NCBI GenBank assembly: GCA_965223345.1
Contig: CBDCWG010000012.1
Location: forward strand, 2,464,001 to 2,528,000
Reading direction: 5' to 3'
Origin: Nitrospinales bacterium
Lineage (GTDB): Bacteria; Nitrospinota; Nitrospinia; Nitrospinales; VA-1
DNA length: 64,000 bases
Under the pieces are notes generated by a model. The model saw only the letters and a list, made by a program, of their open reading frames with translations, was not told the origin of the DNA and did not search any database. The first letter of the stretch is position 1. Each line of letters starts with the position of its first letter. A program made the translations under genes and the position numbers. Of the stretch, positions 9,634 through 18,988 are shown in pieces.

Positions 9634-11034
9634 TCAGGAACAAGCGGCGATTTCGGCTTTCAGGTCGGGTTTGACGCGCACCGGATCGACGGTTTTGTTG
9701 ACCATGTCCTGGGTGTTCTTGACGGCCAGTTTGTCGAACAGGAAATCGAACTTGCCTTCCAGCTCTTTGCCGATGGCGTCGCGGATCTCCTGCGGCAGCG
9801 CCCAGAAACGGGCTTTGAATTCGCCGAATCCTTTTTTGCGGGTCTTGTAGATGAACTGCTCGTCGGTCATGTCGTCTTTCTTCTCATTGGCGAACTTGAC
9901 GCGCAGGTGCTTGTAGATCTCTTCCTTGAAGTCTTGCGGGAAATGCTTGCTGTCGTAAATCATGTTCTGGAAATCGGTGGCGAGGTGGATTTCCGCGGTT
10001 TCCAGTTCCGGGAATTTGTTGAACAGGTCCGCCGGGAGCGTGGACGCGCCGTGCTGCACGGCGCCGGCGATGCCGTAGTCTTCCCGCGCAATGCGCGACA
10101 GGTTGTCCAGCGTCTCGAAATCCAGGTTCACTTCGGCCACGCTGCCGTCGGGCAGCGGCACGCCGCCGTGCGAGGTGCCGGTCTGGATGGAAATCTTGCT
10201 GATGCCTTTGGCGCCGGGCCGGGTCTTTTCGAGCACGTCGTTGAAGTTGTCGAGGTAGGCCCGCAGTTCCTGCTCGTTGCTGTTCTGTTTGCCCACTTCG
10301 CCGATCTCGCCGCCCACCGAAATGGTGACGCCTTCCGGCTCCAGCTCGCGCACGTAATCGGTGAGCTCGACGCCCACTTCGTAATTGAGACGCTGCTGTT
10401 CCTTGACCGTGTCGTGGCTGAGATCGACCAGGGTGGAGGTGTCGATGTCGATGTTGTAAAAACCCGCGTCGATGGCCTGCCGGATCAGCTGCTTGAGTCC
10501 CTCGATTTCCTTTTTGGGATCCGCCGCGTAATTTTTGGCGTTCACCTGAAAATGGTCTCCCTGCACGAACACGGGGCCGGTGTGGTTTTCCTTGATGGCG
10601 GCGGCGAGGATCACCGCGGCGACCTCGTGCGGCAACTGGAAGGTGTAGCCGATTTCGGATTTGGCGATCTCGAAGATCAGCGCGCCGCAATCGACCTTCT
10701 GGGCCGAACGGAACACCGCCCGGCACATGTCGTAGGACAGGCCGCGCACGTTGAGCGCGGGAACGGTGAAGCCTTTGACCTCGCCCCTGCCGCGGGCTTC
10801 GTAGAGTCCCTGGATCGAAGCCAGCACGATGCCCATTTCCTGGGCGGCGGATTTGATCAGGTAGCGCGAAAAACCCTTGATTTCATTGGACTCGTTGAGA
10901 ACGGCGTTTTCCACCAGGGTGTCGATGGTGGCGTCGCGGAGTTTGTCCCTGTTTTCCAGTTTGACGCTGCCGTTGTTCTGACCGACGATTCCTTTCAACT
11001 GATCGGTGATTTCGCTCTTCGTGGAAAACAGCAT
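9634..11034 (-). CDS. Class II fructose-bisphosphate aldolase family protein
   Basis: TVPALN, QGDH, GEIGEVG, GTSHGG, VQHGASTLP metal/substrate motifs. Confidence 0.85.
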   Translation of the reverse strand: MLFSTKSEITDQLKGIVGQNNGSVKLENRDKLRDATIDTLVENAVLNESNEIKGFSRYLIKSAAQEMGIVLASIQGLYEARGRGEVKGFTVPALNVRGLSYDMCRAVFRSAQKVDCGALIFEIAKSEIGYTFQLPHEVAAVILAAAIKENHTGPVFVQGDHFQVNAKNYAADPKKEIEGLKQLIRQAIDAGFYNIDIDTSTLVDLSHDTVKEQQRLNYEVGVELTDYVRELEPEGVTISVGGEIGEVGKQNSNEQELRAYLDNFNDVLEKTRPGAKGISKISIQTGTSHGGVPLPDGSVAEVNLDFETLDNLSRIAREDYGIAGAVQHGASTLPADLFNKFPELETAEIHLATDFQNMIYDSKHFPQDFKEEIYKHLRVKFANEKKDDMTDEQFIYKTRKKGFGEFKARFWALPQEIRDAIGKELEGKFDFLFDKLAVKNTQDMVNKTVDPVRVKPDLKAEIAACS

Positions 11035-11458
11035 GGGACTCTCTCCTTAGTGTGGTTTATTGCGATAAAAACCGGTGGATTTCCCTGAGATTGGGGCGAT
11101 TATTTCGATGCGAACGCAGGGCGAAATTTCCGGGAACCCGTATCGACTGTCCACAACAATACATTAATTGTAATTTGGGTGTGGTTTGAATTCGGCTAGA
11201 GATAGCCTGTCATTTCTATTTTAGCCAAAAATATCCCCGGAGGCAAAACATCTTTGCATGGAAGGGTTTTTAGCGGCTGGCGCAAAGATTTCAAGGCATT
11301 TCCACACCCCCGGACGGCCGTTTTTTCCCGGGTGGATCGGCTTTCGGAACGGGGGCGGGAAAAACCCGCCTTTAAAGCTGTGTTTTCATCCATCCGGTGC
11401 TCGGGAAAGAAGCTTATAAAGGGTTGGAAATACAGTGCTAACCAACCTTCGTTTCTTG

Positions 11459-11486
11459 TTGACAGGCGGGTATAATTTGTTAGAAT
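11459..11486 (+). promoter_or_regulatory. sigma70-type promoter for the USP gene
   Basis: TTGACA-N16-TAGAAT with extended -10 TGn. Confidence 0.55.
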
Positions 11487-11624
11487 TTCTCTCAAAATGA
11501 GCAACACCTCCATTTTTCATTCCTCATGGCTCCGATTCAGACATTGAGAATGAATTAATCATAGCCTGGAAACCATTGCCCGACCCCCGGCGGACCGGGA
11601 GGCGGGAAGGGAGAGATAACCCCC

Positions 11625-13616
11625 ATGTTCAAACATATTTATCTGCCTGTAGACAATTCCGACTTTTCCAATACATGCATCGACTTGGGACTGGAATTTG
11701 CTGTGAAGGGCGAAACCACCATCACGGCCAGCCATGTGTACGCCGCGAAAATGCACGATGTGCGCTTCCGGCAAATGGAAAGCGGTTTGCCCGAGGAGTA
11801 TCAGGACGAACAGGAATTAGAGAAACAGCGCAATATCCACGACCAGTTGATCACCAAAGGCATGGAAGTGATCACGGACTCCTATCTGGAAGTTCCCAAA
11901 CGCCGCTGTCAAGAGGCGGGCGTGCCTTTTGTCGGCAAATCCCTCGAAGGCAGGAACTGGATCGAGCTGGTGCGGGACATCAAGGAGTCTACCTACGATC
12001 TGGTCATCCTGGGTGCGCTCGGCTTGGGAGCCATCAAGGACAGCATGATCGGCACGGTTGCCGAGCGGGTCATCCGGCGCACGCAGACCGACATGCTGGT
12101 GGTCAAATACATTCCGGAATTGCATGGGGAGCGGGCGTCCAGCGGCAAGATCGTCGTGGCGGTGGACGGCAGCGGTCATTCCTTCGGCGGTTTGAAGACG
12201 GGGATCGAGCTGGCCAAGCACCTGAACCGGCCGCTGGAAATCATCTCCACGTTCGATCCGTATTTCCATTACGCGATGTTCAACAGCCTGACCGGCGTGC
12301 TCACCAAGGAAGCCGGCAAGGTGTTCAAGTTCGAGCAGCAGGAAAAACTGCACGAGGACATCATCGACAAGGGACTGGCAAAAATTTATCAGGCGCATCT
12401 GGAAATCTCCAAGAAGATCGTCGAGGAAGAGGGCATGGACTGCACCATCCGCCTGCTCGACGGCAAGGTTTTCGAAAAAGTGCTGCAGTACGCGCGTGAG
12501 GAAAACCCGTATCTGCTCATCCTCGGCCGCATCGGCGTGCACAGCGCACCCGACATGGACATCGGCGGCAACACCGAGAACCTGCTGCGGCTGGTGCCCT
12601 GTAACGTTTATCTTTCGAGCAAGGTGTTCAAGCCGCCGATCGACATGCAGGCGGAAGAGAGCATCGAGTGGACCGCCGAAGCGAAAGAGCGGCTCAAGAA
12701 GATTCCCGGATTCGTGCGGCCCATGGCGACTTCCGCGATTCTGCGCTACGCCCTGGAGCGCGGCCACAGCATGATCACCTCCAGCGTCATCACCGAGGCG
12801 GTGGAGAACATCCTGCCCGCCGGCGCCATGCAGGCCATGCGCGCGATCGGCGAGAACATGAAAAACGAAGGCGTCGATCCGGAAGGCCCCGAGGTTCTGG
12901 GCAAACTCAAGGATCAGATGATGGAAGCGCACGCCGGCAAGAGCGCCGACGAGGTCACGCTCAAGTGTACGAGCTGCGGCACCATTCTGAAAGGCGATGT
13001 GGTCCGCTGCGGCGTCTGCGACGCGACTTCCGAACGCTTCCTGCCGATCGACAAGGAAGAGTTCAAGCCGGATCAGAAGGAAGAAGAGCAGAAAACCGAG
13101 GTCACCACGTTCGACGATGTGGTCGTCACCTGGACCCAGGACGCGATGGATTATCTCGACGAGATCCCGGAACACCATGTCCGGCGTCGCGCGCGCGCCC
13201 GGATCGAAAAGAGCGCCCGCGTACAGAAGATCGCGACCATTTCCCGCGCTTTTGCCAGCAAGATCATCAACGAGAAGGCGGTCAAGGAAGACGTCAACGG
13301 CAACGGCAAAAACGGCAATGGCGACAGCGAGACCAAAACCATCCAGGAAGTCATGCAATACGGCGCCGAGTCGGACCCGAAGGACTTCAACTGGAGTAAG
13401 GAAGCGCTGGAGCGGCTCGAGCGGGTTCCCAAAGGCTTCATGCGGGACAACACGCAGAACCGCGTGATGGGTTACGCCAAGATGAACGGCATCAAGGACA
13501 TCTCCCTGGAGGTCTGTGAAAAGGGCATCGCCGAATCCGTCAAGTTGATGGAGGATGCGATCAAAAACGGCGCCACCCTGGAAGACTTTCTGCCCAAGAA
13601 AGAGGTGGGAGCCTGA
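11625..13616 (+). CDS. Tandem universal stress protein domains + three PCP_red-like helical repeats + Cys4 zinc-ribbon/rubredoxin-like motif
   Basis: HIYLPVDNS and KIVVAVDGS USP starts, GTVAERVIR; WTAEAKERLKKIPGFVR-type repeats x3; CTSC..CGVC. Confidence 0.85.
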   Translation: MFKHIYLPVDNSDFSNTCIDLGLEFAVKGETTITASHVYAAKMHDVRFRQMESGLPEEYQDEQELEKQRNIHDQLITKGMEVITDSYLEVPKRRCQEAGVPFVGKSLEGRNWIELVRDIKESTYDLVILGALGLGAIKDSMIGTVAERVIRRTQTDMLVVKYIPELHGERASSGKIVVAVDGSGHSFGGLKTGIELAKHLNRPLEIISTFDPYFHYAMFNSLTGVLTKEAGKVFKFEQQEKLHEDIIDKGLAKIYQAHLEISKKIVEEEGMDCTIRLLDGKVFEKVLQYAREENPYLLILGRIGVHSAPDMDIGGNTENLLRLVPCNVYLSSKVFKPPIDMQAEESIEWTAEAKERLKKIPGFVRPMATSAILRYALERGHSMITSSVITEAVENILPAGAMQAMRAIGENMKNEGVDPEGPEVLGKLKDQMMEAHAGKSADEVTLKCTSCGTILKGDVVRCGVCDATSERFLPIDKEEFKPDQKEEEQKTEVTTFDDVVVTWTQDAMDYLDEIPEHHVRRRARARIEKSARVQKIATISRAFASKIINEKAVKEDVNGNGKNGNGDSETKTIQEVMQYGAESDPKDFNWSKEALERLERVPKGFMRDNTQNRVMGYAKMNGIKDISLEVCEKGIAESVKLMEDAIKNGATLEDFLPKKEVGA

Positions 13617-13640
13617 TCCGACCCCTGCCTGAAAAAACAC

Positions 13641-13675
13641 AAACCCGGTACCGGTTTTCGGTGCCGGGTTTTTTT
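13641..13675 (+). terminator. Rho-independent terminator
   Basis: AACCCGGTACCG/CGGTGCCGGGTT stem followed by a T tract. Confidence 0.8.
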
Positions 13676-13695
13676 ATTCCAGCAGCAAAACTTTC

Positions 13696-13750
13696 GACGG
13701 GATACAGGAAAAAGGCGGCCTCGCGCAAAGCCGCGAAGGCGCAAAGAAAA
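13696..13750 (+). repeat. Degenerate copy of the intergenic composite repeat found at 26.2 and 27.8 kb
   Basis: GACGGGATACAGGA ... CGCAAAGCCGCGAAGGCGCAAAGAAAA resembles GACAGGATAACAGGA ... CGCAAAGACGCAGAGGGCGCAAAGAAAA. Confidence 0.55.
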
Positions 13751-13949
13751 GCAGCCACAGGACAGCAAGGGCAGGTGAAGGGTGTTTCTCAGGAGAGGCG
13801 AATCCAGCGTCCCGCCATCTCTGAAAACATCTGAAAAACCGAGGCAAACGGTTTCTTAGAAGCAGTAACTGTGAAATTGGTTCGATTTTCTATCAGTTAA
13901 GCCTTTAAAATGAAAGAGTTGGGCCAGCTTCCCGCAAGTGGAGAAAACC

Positions 13950-14237
13950 ATGCGGTTCATCCTTACATTTTTATCGCTTCCGTTATTGCTTATTGTTGCG
14001 TCTGTGTATCCCGCGTTTCCGGATATCAGCTGGTTTGGCTGGACCTGCGCCGTTTTTCTTTATATAGCCACTCTTTTATGGGCTTTAAGGACCGAAGTCC
14101 ATTCTGCCCACACGGGCAAGCGAGGCTCGGTCAATTCTGAAGCCGGGGGCAATTACTGTGGTGACGGGATAACCAACGGCGGGTACGATGGCTATGGGGG
14201 TGGTGATAGTGGCGGTGGAGGCGGCGGTGATGGCTGA
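13950..14237 (+). CDS. Small two-TM protein with Gly-rich tail (paralog 1)
   Basis: GGAG RBS; MRFILTFLSLPLLL; tail GGYDGYGGGDSGGGGGGDG. Confidence 0.75.
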   Translation: MRFILTFLSLPLLLIVASVYPAFPDISWFGWTCAVFLYIATLLWALRTEVHSAHTGKRGSVNSEAGGNYCGDGITNGGYDGYGGGDSGGGGGGDG

Positions 14238-14378
14238 TAGACATCCAATGTTTTTTCTTGCTGCCGAGGAATTCGGGGTATTAGGTGGTCGATATCAGCG
14301 ATATTGATTAGATTTCCCGCCTGCAGGGCTTTAAAATAAAGGAGTGGCAGGTTTTACAATCCTTTTGCCGGAGAACCC

Positions 14379-14660
14379 GTGCGATTCATCCTGACGATTC
14401 TGTCCCTTCCCCTGCTCATCTGGGTGGCGGTGCAGTACGACCCGGCGATTCTGGAAATCGGCTGGCTCGGCTGGCTGGGCGTCTTTTTTCTGTATGTGTG
14501 GGCCGTCCTCTGGGCGCTCGATAGCCAGATCAATCAAGCCCGGCCGGGCGACTTCTCCTCCGGGGGGACCGGTGGAGGGCACGGCGGTTATGGTGGCGAT
14601 GCCGGTTTAAGTGGCTGTGACGGCGGAGGCGCCGGGGGTGGAGACGGTGGCGGCTGCTGA
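14379..14660 (+). CDS. Small two-TM protein with Gly/Cys-rich tail (paralog 2)
   Basis: GGAG RBS, GTG start; MRFILTILSLPLLI; tail SGCDGGGAGGGDGGGC. Confidence 0.75.
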   Translation: MRFILTILSLPLLIWVAVQYDPAILEIGWLGWLGVFFLYVWAVLWALDSQINQARPGDFSSGGTGGGHGGYGGDAGLSGCDGGGAGGGDGGGC

Positions 14661-14714
14661 ACGCGTCTTGATCCGGCCGGTTTGAGCGATCCTCATTTTC
14701 TGAATTTCATTTCC

Positions 14715-16472
14715 ATGTCCTTCCAGTTATACAAACGGCTTTTTGCCTACATTCGGCCTTATCTGCCGAAGCTGATTCTGGCGATCCTGTTTTCGATCGC
14801 GGTGGGTGGCATCGCCACGTCGCCGGTGCCGATCGTGCAGAAAACCTTCGATAAGATCTTCGTTGAGAAAGACACCTTCATGCTGGTGGTCATCCCGCTG
14901 GCGCTGGCGGCGCTGTATTTTCTCAAGGGGATTTTGCAATACGCGGCCAACCGCATCATCCTGGGGATCTCCTGGGAACTGGTGGTCTCGATGCGGGAAA
15001 AACTGTTCCGCCACATCCACCGGCTGCCGTTTCATTTCTTCGAGGCGCACGAAACCGGGCACCTCATTTCCAGGATCGTCAACGACGTCACGATCATGCA
15101 GTCCACGGTGACGCGGCTTCTGAAAGAATTCATGCAGAACAGCGTCATGGCGGTCGCGCTGATCGGCTGGCTGTTTTATATGAAGTGGCAGTGGGCGCTG
15201 ACGGCGCTCATCGTGTTTCCGCTGATGGTGCTTCCCATCGCCAACATTTCCCGAAAGCTCAAACGCCTGAGCCACAGGGGACAGGAAATCCTCGCCGACA
15301 TCAACTCGACGATCCTCGAATCGATCTCCGGCGTCAAGGTGGTGCGGGCGTTCGGACTCGAAAGCCAGGAGGTGGACAAGTTCCAGAAGCACAGCGCGGA
15401 TTACCTCGCGGTGATGAAAAAGAACGTGAAGTACATCGAGATCATCTCGCCGCTGATGGAGTTTCTCGGTGTGGCGAGCGCCGCGGTGGTGCTGTGGTAC
15501 GGCGGCAGCCAGGTGCTGGCGGGCGAGGTGAGCCAGGGCACGTTCATCGCCTTCATCCTGGCGCTGTTCATGCTGTACGGTCCGCTGCGCCTGCTGTTCA
15601 AGATCTACGCCAATTCGCAGGTGGCGCTGGCAGGGGCCGAGCGGGTGTTCGCGGTTCTGGACCAGGAAGTGGAGAAGGACGAGGCGGGCAAGCGCGAGCT
15701 GACCGGCTTTAATGATCAGGTCGAATTTCAGAACGTGTCGTTCCGCTATCCCTCGCGCCAGGCGCTGGTGCTGCAAAACATCGATCTCACGGTGCAAAAA
15801 TCCGAAGTGCTCGCCATCGTCGGCATGAGCGGCGCGGGCAAGACCACGCTGGTGGATCTGCTGTTCCGCTATTTCAACCCTACAGGCGGAAAGATCCTCA
15901 TCGACGGCACAGACATCCGCGAGTTTTCCCACGAATCATTGAGAAGCCATCTGGCGCTGGTCACCCAGGAAACCTTCCTGTTCAACGACACGATCCTCAA
16001 CAACATCGCCTTCGGCAAACCGGGCGCCACGCGCGAGCAGATTCTGGAAGCGGCGAAGGCGGCGCACGTCGATGCGTTCGTCGCGGCGCTGGACGACGGC
16101 TACGAGACGATGATCGGCGAACGCGGCGTCAAGCTCTCGGGCGGTCAGCGGCAGCGCATCGCCATCGCCCGCGCGATTCTGCGCGACGCGCCGATCCTGG
16201 TGCTGGACGAGGCCACCTCGTCCCTCGATTCCGAATCGGAAAAGCTGGTTCAGGATGCGCTGAAACGGCTGATGCAGCACCGCACGACGTTCGTCATCGC
16301 GCACCGCCTGTCCACCATCAAGCACGCGGACCGCATCGTCGTGCTCGATGCGGGCGAGATCGTCGAGAGCGGCACGCACGACGAACTGCTTGCGGGCAGC
16401 GGGCTCTATCAGAAGTATTTCGAGATGCAGTTTGTCGATGTGGGCGAACTCGGAAAGCGGACGAAAGGCTGA
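14715..16472 (+). CDS. msbA: MsbA-like ABC exporter (fused TMD+NBD)
   Basis: TM domain, Walker A GMSGAGKTT, LSGGQRQR, ILVLDEATSSLD, IAHRLST; the msbA assignment specifically is inferred. Confidence 0.75.
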   Translation: MSFQLYKRLFAYIRPYLPKLILAILFSIAVGGIATSPVPIVQKTFDKIFVEKDTFMLVVIPLALAALYFLKGILQYAANRIILGISWELVVSMREKLFRHIHRLPFHFFEAHETGHLISRIVNDVTIMQSTVTRLLKEFMQNSVMAVALIGWLFYMKWQWALTALIVFPLMVLPIANISRKLKRLSHRGQEILADINSTILESISGVKVVRAFGLESQEVDKFQKHSADYLAVMKKNVKYIEIISPLMEFLGVASAAVVLWYGGSQVLAGEVSQGTFIAFILALFMLYGPLRLLFKIYANSQVALAGAERVFAVLDQEVEKDEAGKRELTGFNDQVEFQNVSFRYPSRQALVLQNIDLTVQKSEVLAIVGMSGAGKTTLVDLLFRYFNPTGGKILIDGTDIREFSHESLRSHLALVTQETFLFNDTILNNIAFGKPGATREQILEAAKAAHVDAFVAALDDGYETMIGERGVKLSGGQRQRIAIARAILRDAPILVLDEATSSLDSESEKLVQDALKRLMQHRTTFVIAHRLSTIKHADRIVVLDAGEIVESGTHDELLAGSGLYQKYFEMQFVDVGELGKRTKG

Positions 16473-16478
16473 AGCCGC

Positions 16479-17525
16479 ATGCGTTTCCAAAAAGTCTGCA
16501 TCGAAGCTTTGGGATACCACCTTCCGGAAAACCGCGTCAGCTCCGAAGATCTGGAAAGGCAGCTAGCTCCGCTGTATGAAAGGCTGAAGCTGCCGTTCGG
16601 CCGGCTCGAGATGATGAGCGGCATCCGCGAGCGGCGTTTCTGGGACAAGGGCGTGTTCCCCAGCGAGATCGGCTCCATCGCGGGCGAGCGCGCCATCGAA
16701 CGGTCCGGCATCGACCGCTCCCACATCCAGTGCCTGATCTCCGCCTCGGTGTGCCGGGATTTTCTGGAACCCGCCACCGCTTCTTTGATCCACCACAACC
16801 TGAAACTGCCGCGCCAATCCTACGTGTTCGATCTGTCCAACGCCTGTTTGGGTGTGCTCAATGGCATCGTGCACATCGCCACGATGATCGAAATGGGGCA
16901 GATCCGCGCTGGCCTCGTGGTGGCCGGGGAAAACGGCGGGCCGCTGGTGCACAACACGATCGAAACCCTGCTTTCCCGCACCGAGATCACGCGCAATCAG
17001 GTGAAGGCGTCGTTCGCTTCGCTCACCATCGGCTCCGCGGCAGTGGGAGTGCTGTTGACGCACGAAAGCCTCTCCAAATCCGGGCACCGGCTTCTCGGCG
17101 GCGCTTCCTACGCCGCGACCGAATTCAACGACCTGTGCCGGGGCAACGACGACAGCGGCGCGGATTCCAACTGGGCGCCGCTCATGGAGACCGATTCCGA
17201 ACGCCTGATGCGGGAGGGCTGCCGCCTGGCCGGGGAAACCTGGAACGGGGTGCGCGACATCCTGGGCTGGAAAAACGCAGACGTGGACCGGGTGTTCTGC
17301 CATCAGGTGGGCAGCATGCACCGCAAGCTGCTGTACGAGACCGTGGGGCTGCCGCTTGAGAAGGATTTCTCCACGCTGGAATTTCTCGGCAACACGGGAG
17401 CCGCGTCGCTGCCGGTGACCCTGGCTCTGGGCGAAGAACAAAACGCCATACAAAGCGGCGACAAGGCGGCCCTGCTCGGCATCGGCAGCGGACTCAACTG
17501 CCTGATGCTGGGCGTGCAATGGTGA
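16479..17525 (+). CDS. oleA: OleA-type thiolase/KAS III family acyl-CoA condensing enzyme
   Basis: RDFLEP (catalytic Glu), SNAC (Cys), HQV, GNTG, terminal LLGIGSGLNC..W characteristic of OleA. Confidence 0.85.
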   Translation: MRFQKVCIEALGYHLPENRVSSEDLERQLAPLYERLKLPFGRLEMMSGIRERRFWDKGVFPSEIGSIAGERAIERSGIDRSHIQCLISASVCRDFLEPATASLIHHNLKLPRQSYVFDLSNACLGVLNGIVHIATMIEMGQIRAGLVVAGENGGPLVHNTIETLLSRTEITRNQVKASFASLTIGSAAVGVLLTHESLSKSGHRLLGGASYAATEFNDLCRGNDDSGADSNWAPLMETDSERLMREGCRLAGETWNGVRDILGWKNADVDRVFCHQVGSMHRKLLYETVGLPLEKDFSTLEFLGNTGAASLPVTLALGEEQNAIQSGDKAALLGIGSGLNCLMLGVQW

Positions 17526-18400
17526 CCGAGGCGTTCCGCGAGCTTTACCCTTACCGCTCCCATTCCCTGAGGCTGGGAAACCTGCGCTACCACTTTCTCG
17601 ACGAGGGCGAAGGCGAGCCGCTCCTGATGTTGCACGGCAACCCCACCTGGTCGTTTCATTTCCGCAATCTCATCCTCGGCCTGCGTCATAAATTCCGCTG
17701 CGTCGTGCCCGACCACATGGGCTGTGGCCTTTCGGACAAGCCGCTCGACTACAACTACACGCTGGCCCAGCACATCGACAACGTGGAGGCGCTGGCCGAC
17801 GCGCTCAAACTGAAGGACCTCACGCTGGTGATGCACGACTGGGGCGGCGCCATCGGCATGGGGTTCGCGGTGCGGCGGCCCGAGTGCGTGAAGCGGCTGG
17901 TGCTGTTCAACACGGCGGCGTTTCTGTCCGGCCGCATTCCGTTCAGCATCGATGTCTGCCGGCACCCCGCGTTTGGCCCGTTCGCGGTGCTCAAGCTCAA
18001 CGCGTTTTTGCGCGGCGCGCTGCTGAGAGCGCCCAAACACAAAGACCGCATGACCCGCGAGGTGAAGGCGGGCTACCTGGCCCCGTACCCGACCGCAGAC
18101 AGCCGCATCGCCATCCTGCGCTTTGTGCAGGACATCCCGATGACGCCGGAGGTTCCCAGCCACAGCGTGGTGCGGGACATGCAGGAAAAGCTCACGCAGT
18201 TTCGCGACCGGCCCGCGCTCATCATCTGGGGCAAAAAGGATTTCTGCTTCACCGATCATTTTCTCACGCGCTGGAAGGAATTTCTGCCGCAGGCCCAGGT
18301 CGAGGAGGTGGCGGACGCGGGTCATTTCGTGGTGGAGGACGCCTACGAGCGTATCGTCCCGTGGATGCTGGCGTTTCTGGAACGCCACCCTGTGCGCTGA
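17519..18400 (+). CDS. oleB: OleB-like alpha/beta hydrolase (haloalkane dehalogenase fold)
   Basis: HGNPTWSF, DHMGCGLSDKP, HDWGG nucleophile elbow, GHFV; overlaps oleA. Confidence 0.78.
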   Translation: MVTEAFRELYPYRSHSLRLGNLRYHFLDEGEGEPLLMLHGNPTWSFHFRNLILGLRHKFRCVVPDHMGCGLSDKPLDYNYTLAQHIDNVEALADALKLKDLTLVMHDWGGAIGMGFAVRRPECVKRLVLFNTAAFLSGRIPFSIDVCRHPAFGPFAVLKLNAFLRGALLRAPKHKDRMTREVKAGYLAPYPTADSRIAILRFVQDIPMTPEVPSHSVVRDMQEKLTQFRDRPALIIWGKKDFCFTDHFLTRWKEFLPQAQVEEVADAGHFVVEDAYERIVPWMLAFLERHPVR

Positions 18401-18480
18401 ACCTGAAATCCGGCTGCCTGTGAGAGGTGCAAGATGGATTCCGGCTTGACAGTCTCACGCCCCTAAGGTATTCATGGGCT

Positions 18481-18894
18481 ATGTCCCGAATCTGGAAAAT
18501 GCTGCCGAAGATCGTCTTTCTGCTGGTCCTTCTGGGCTTTGCTTTTCCCATGAAAGCCCCGGTTTCCCTGGCCAAGGGGAAGATGTGCTGCAAGGGAACC
18601 TGCTGGATGGCGCCCGCCCCCATGAAGCTGTCGGGTGAGAGCCCCGGCAAACGGATGATTTCCTGCTGCCAGAAAAACTGTTCCGCCGTTTCCGACCGCA
18701 GGGTGGCGCCGCCTTCCAATCCGGGTTTTTCCAAAGTCTCCACGAAATTTCTGGCTTCCGGTGACGGTTTGCCGCTTCTGCTGTCACCCCCCGGAGCCGA
18801 TTCGAGACCGCTGTTTGCACCGCTTCGCTTTCCTCTCAACACCGCGGGCACAACGCGCCCCATTTTCCAGGTGCACTCTGTCTACCTGATTTGA
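18481..18894 (+). CDS. Cys-rich membrane-anchored hypothetical protein, possible metal-sensing leader
   Basis: N-terminal hydrophobic helix, CCKGTC and CCQKNC, Pro-rich linker, C-terminal RPIFQVHSVYLI. Confidence 0.6.
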   Translation: MSRIWKMLPKIVFLLVLLGFAFPMKAPVSLAKGKMCCKGTCWMAPAPMKLSGESPGKRMISCCQKNCSAVSDRRVAPPSNPGFSKVSTKFLASGDGLPLLLSPPGADSRPLFAPLRFPLNTAGTTRPIFQVHSVYLI

Positions 18895-18988
18895 TACCAC
18901 CGCTTTTTTCGAATCTCTGATTTTATTATTCATTCCTTTTCCCCATACAGGGAGAAGTCCGTTCTGATTTGAAAAAGGAAGGTGTGTC

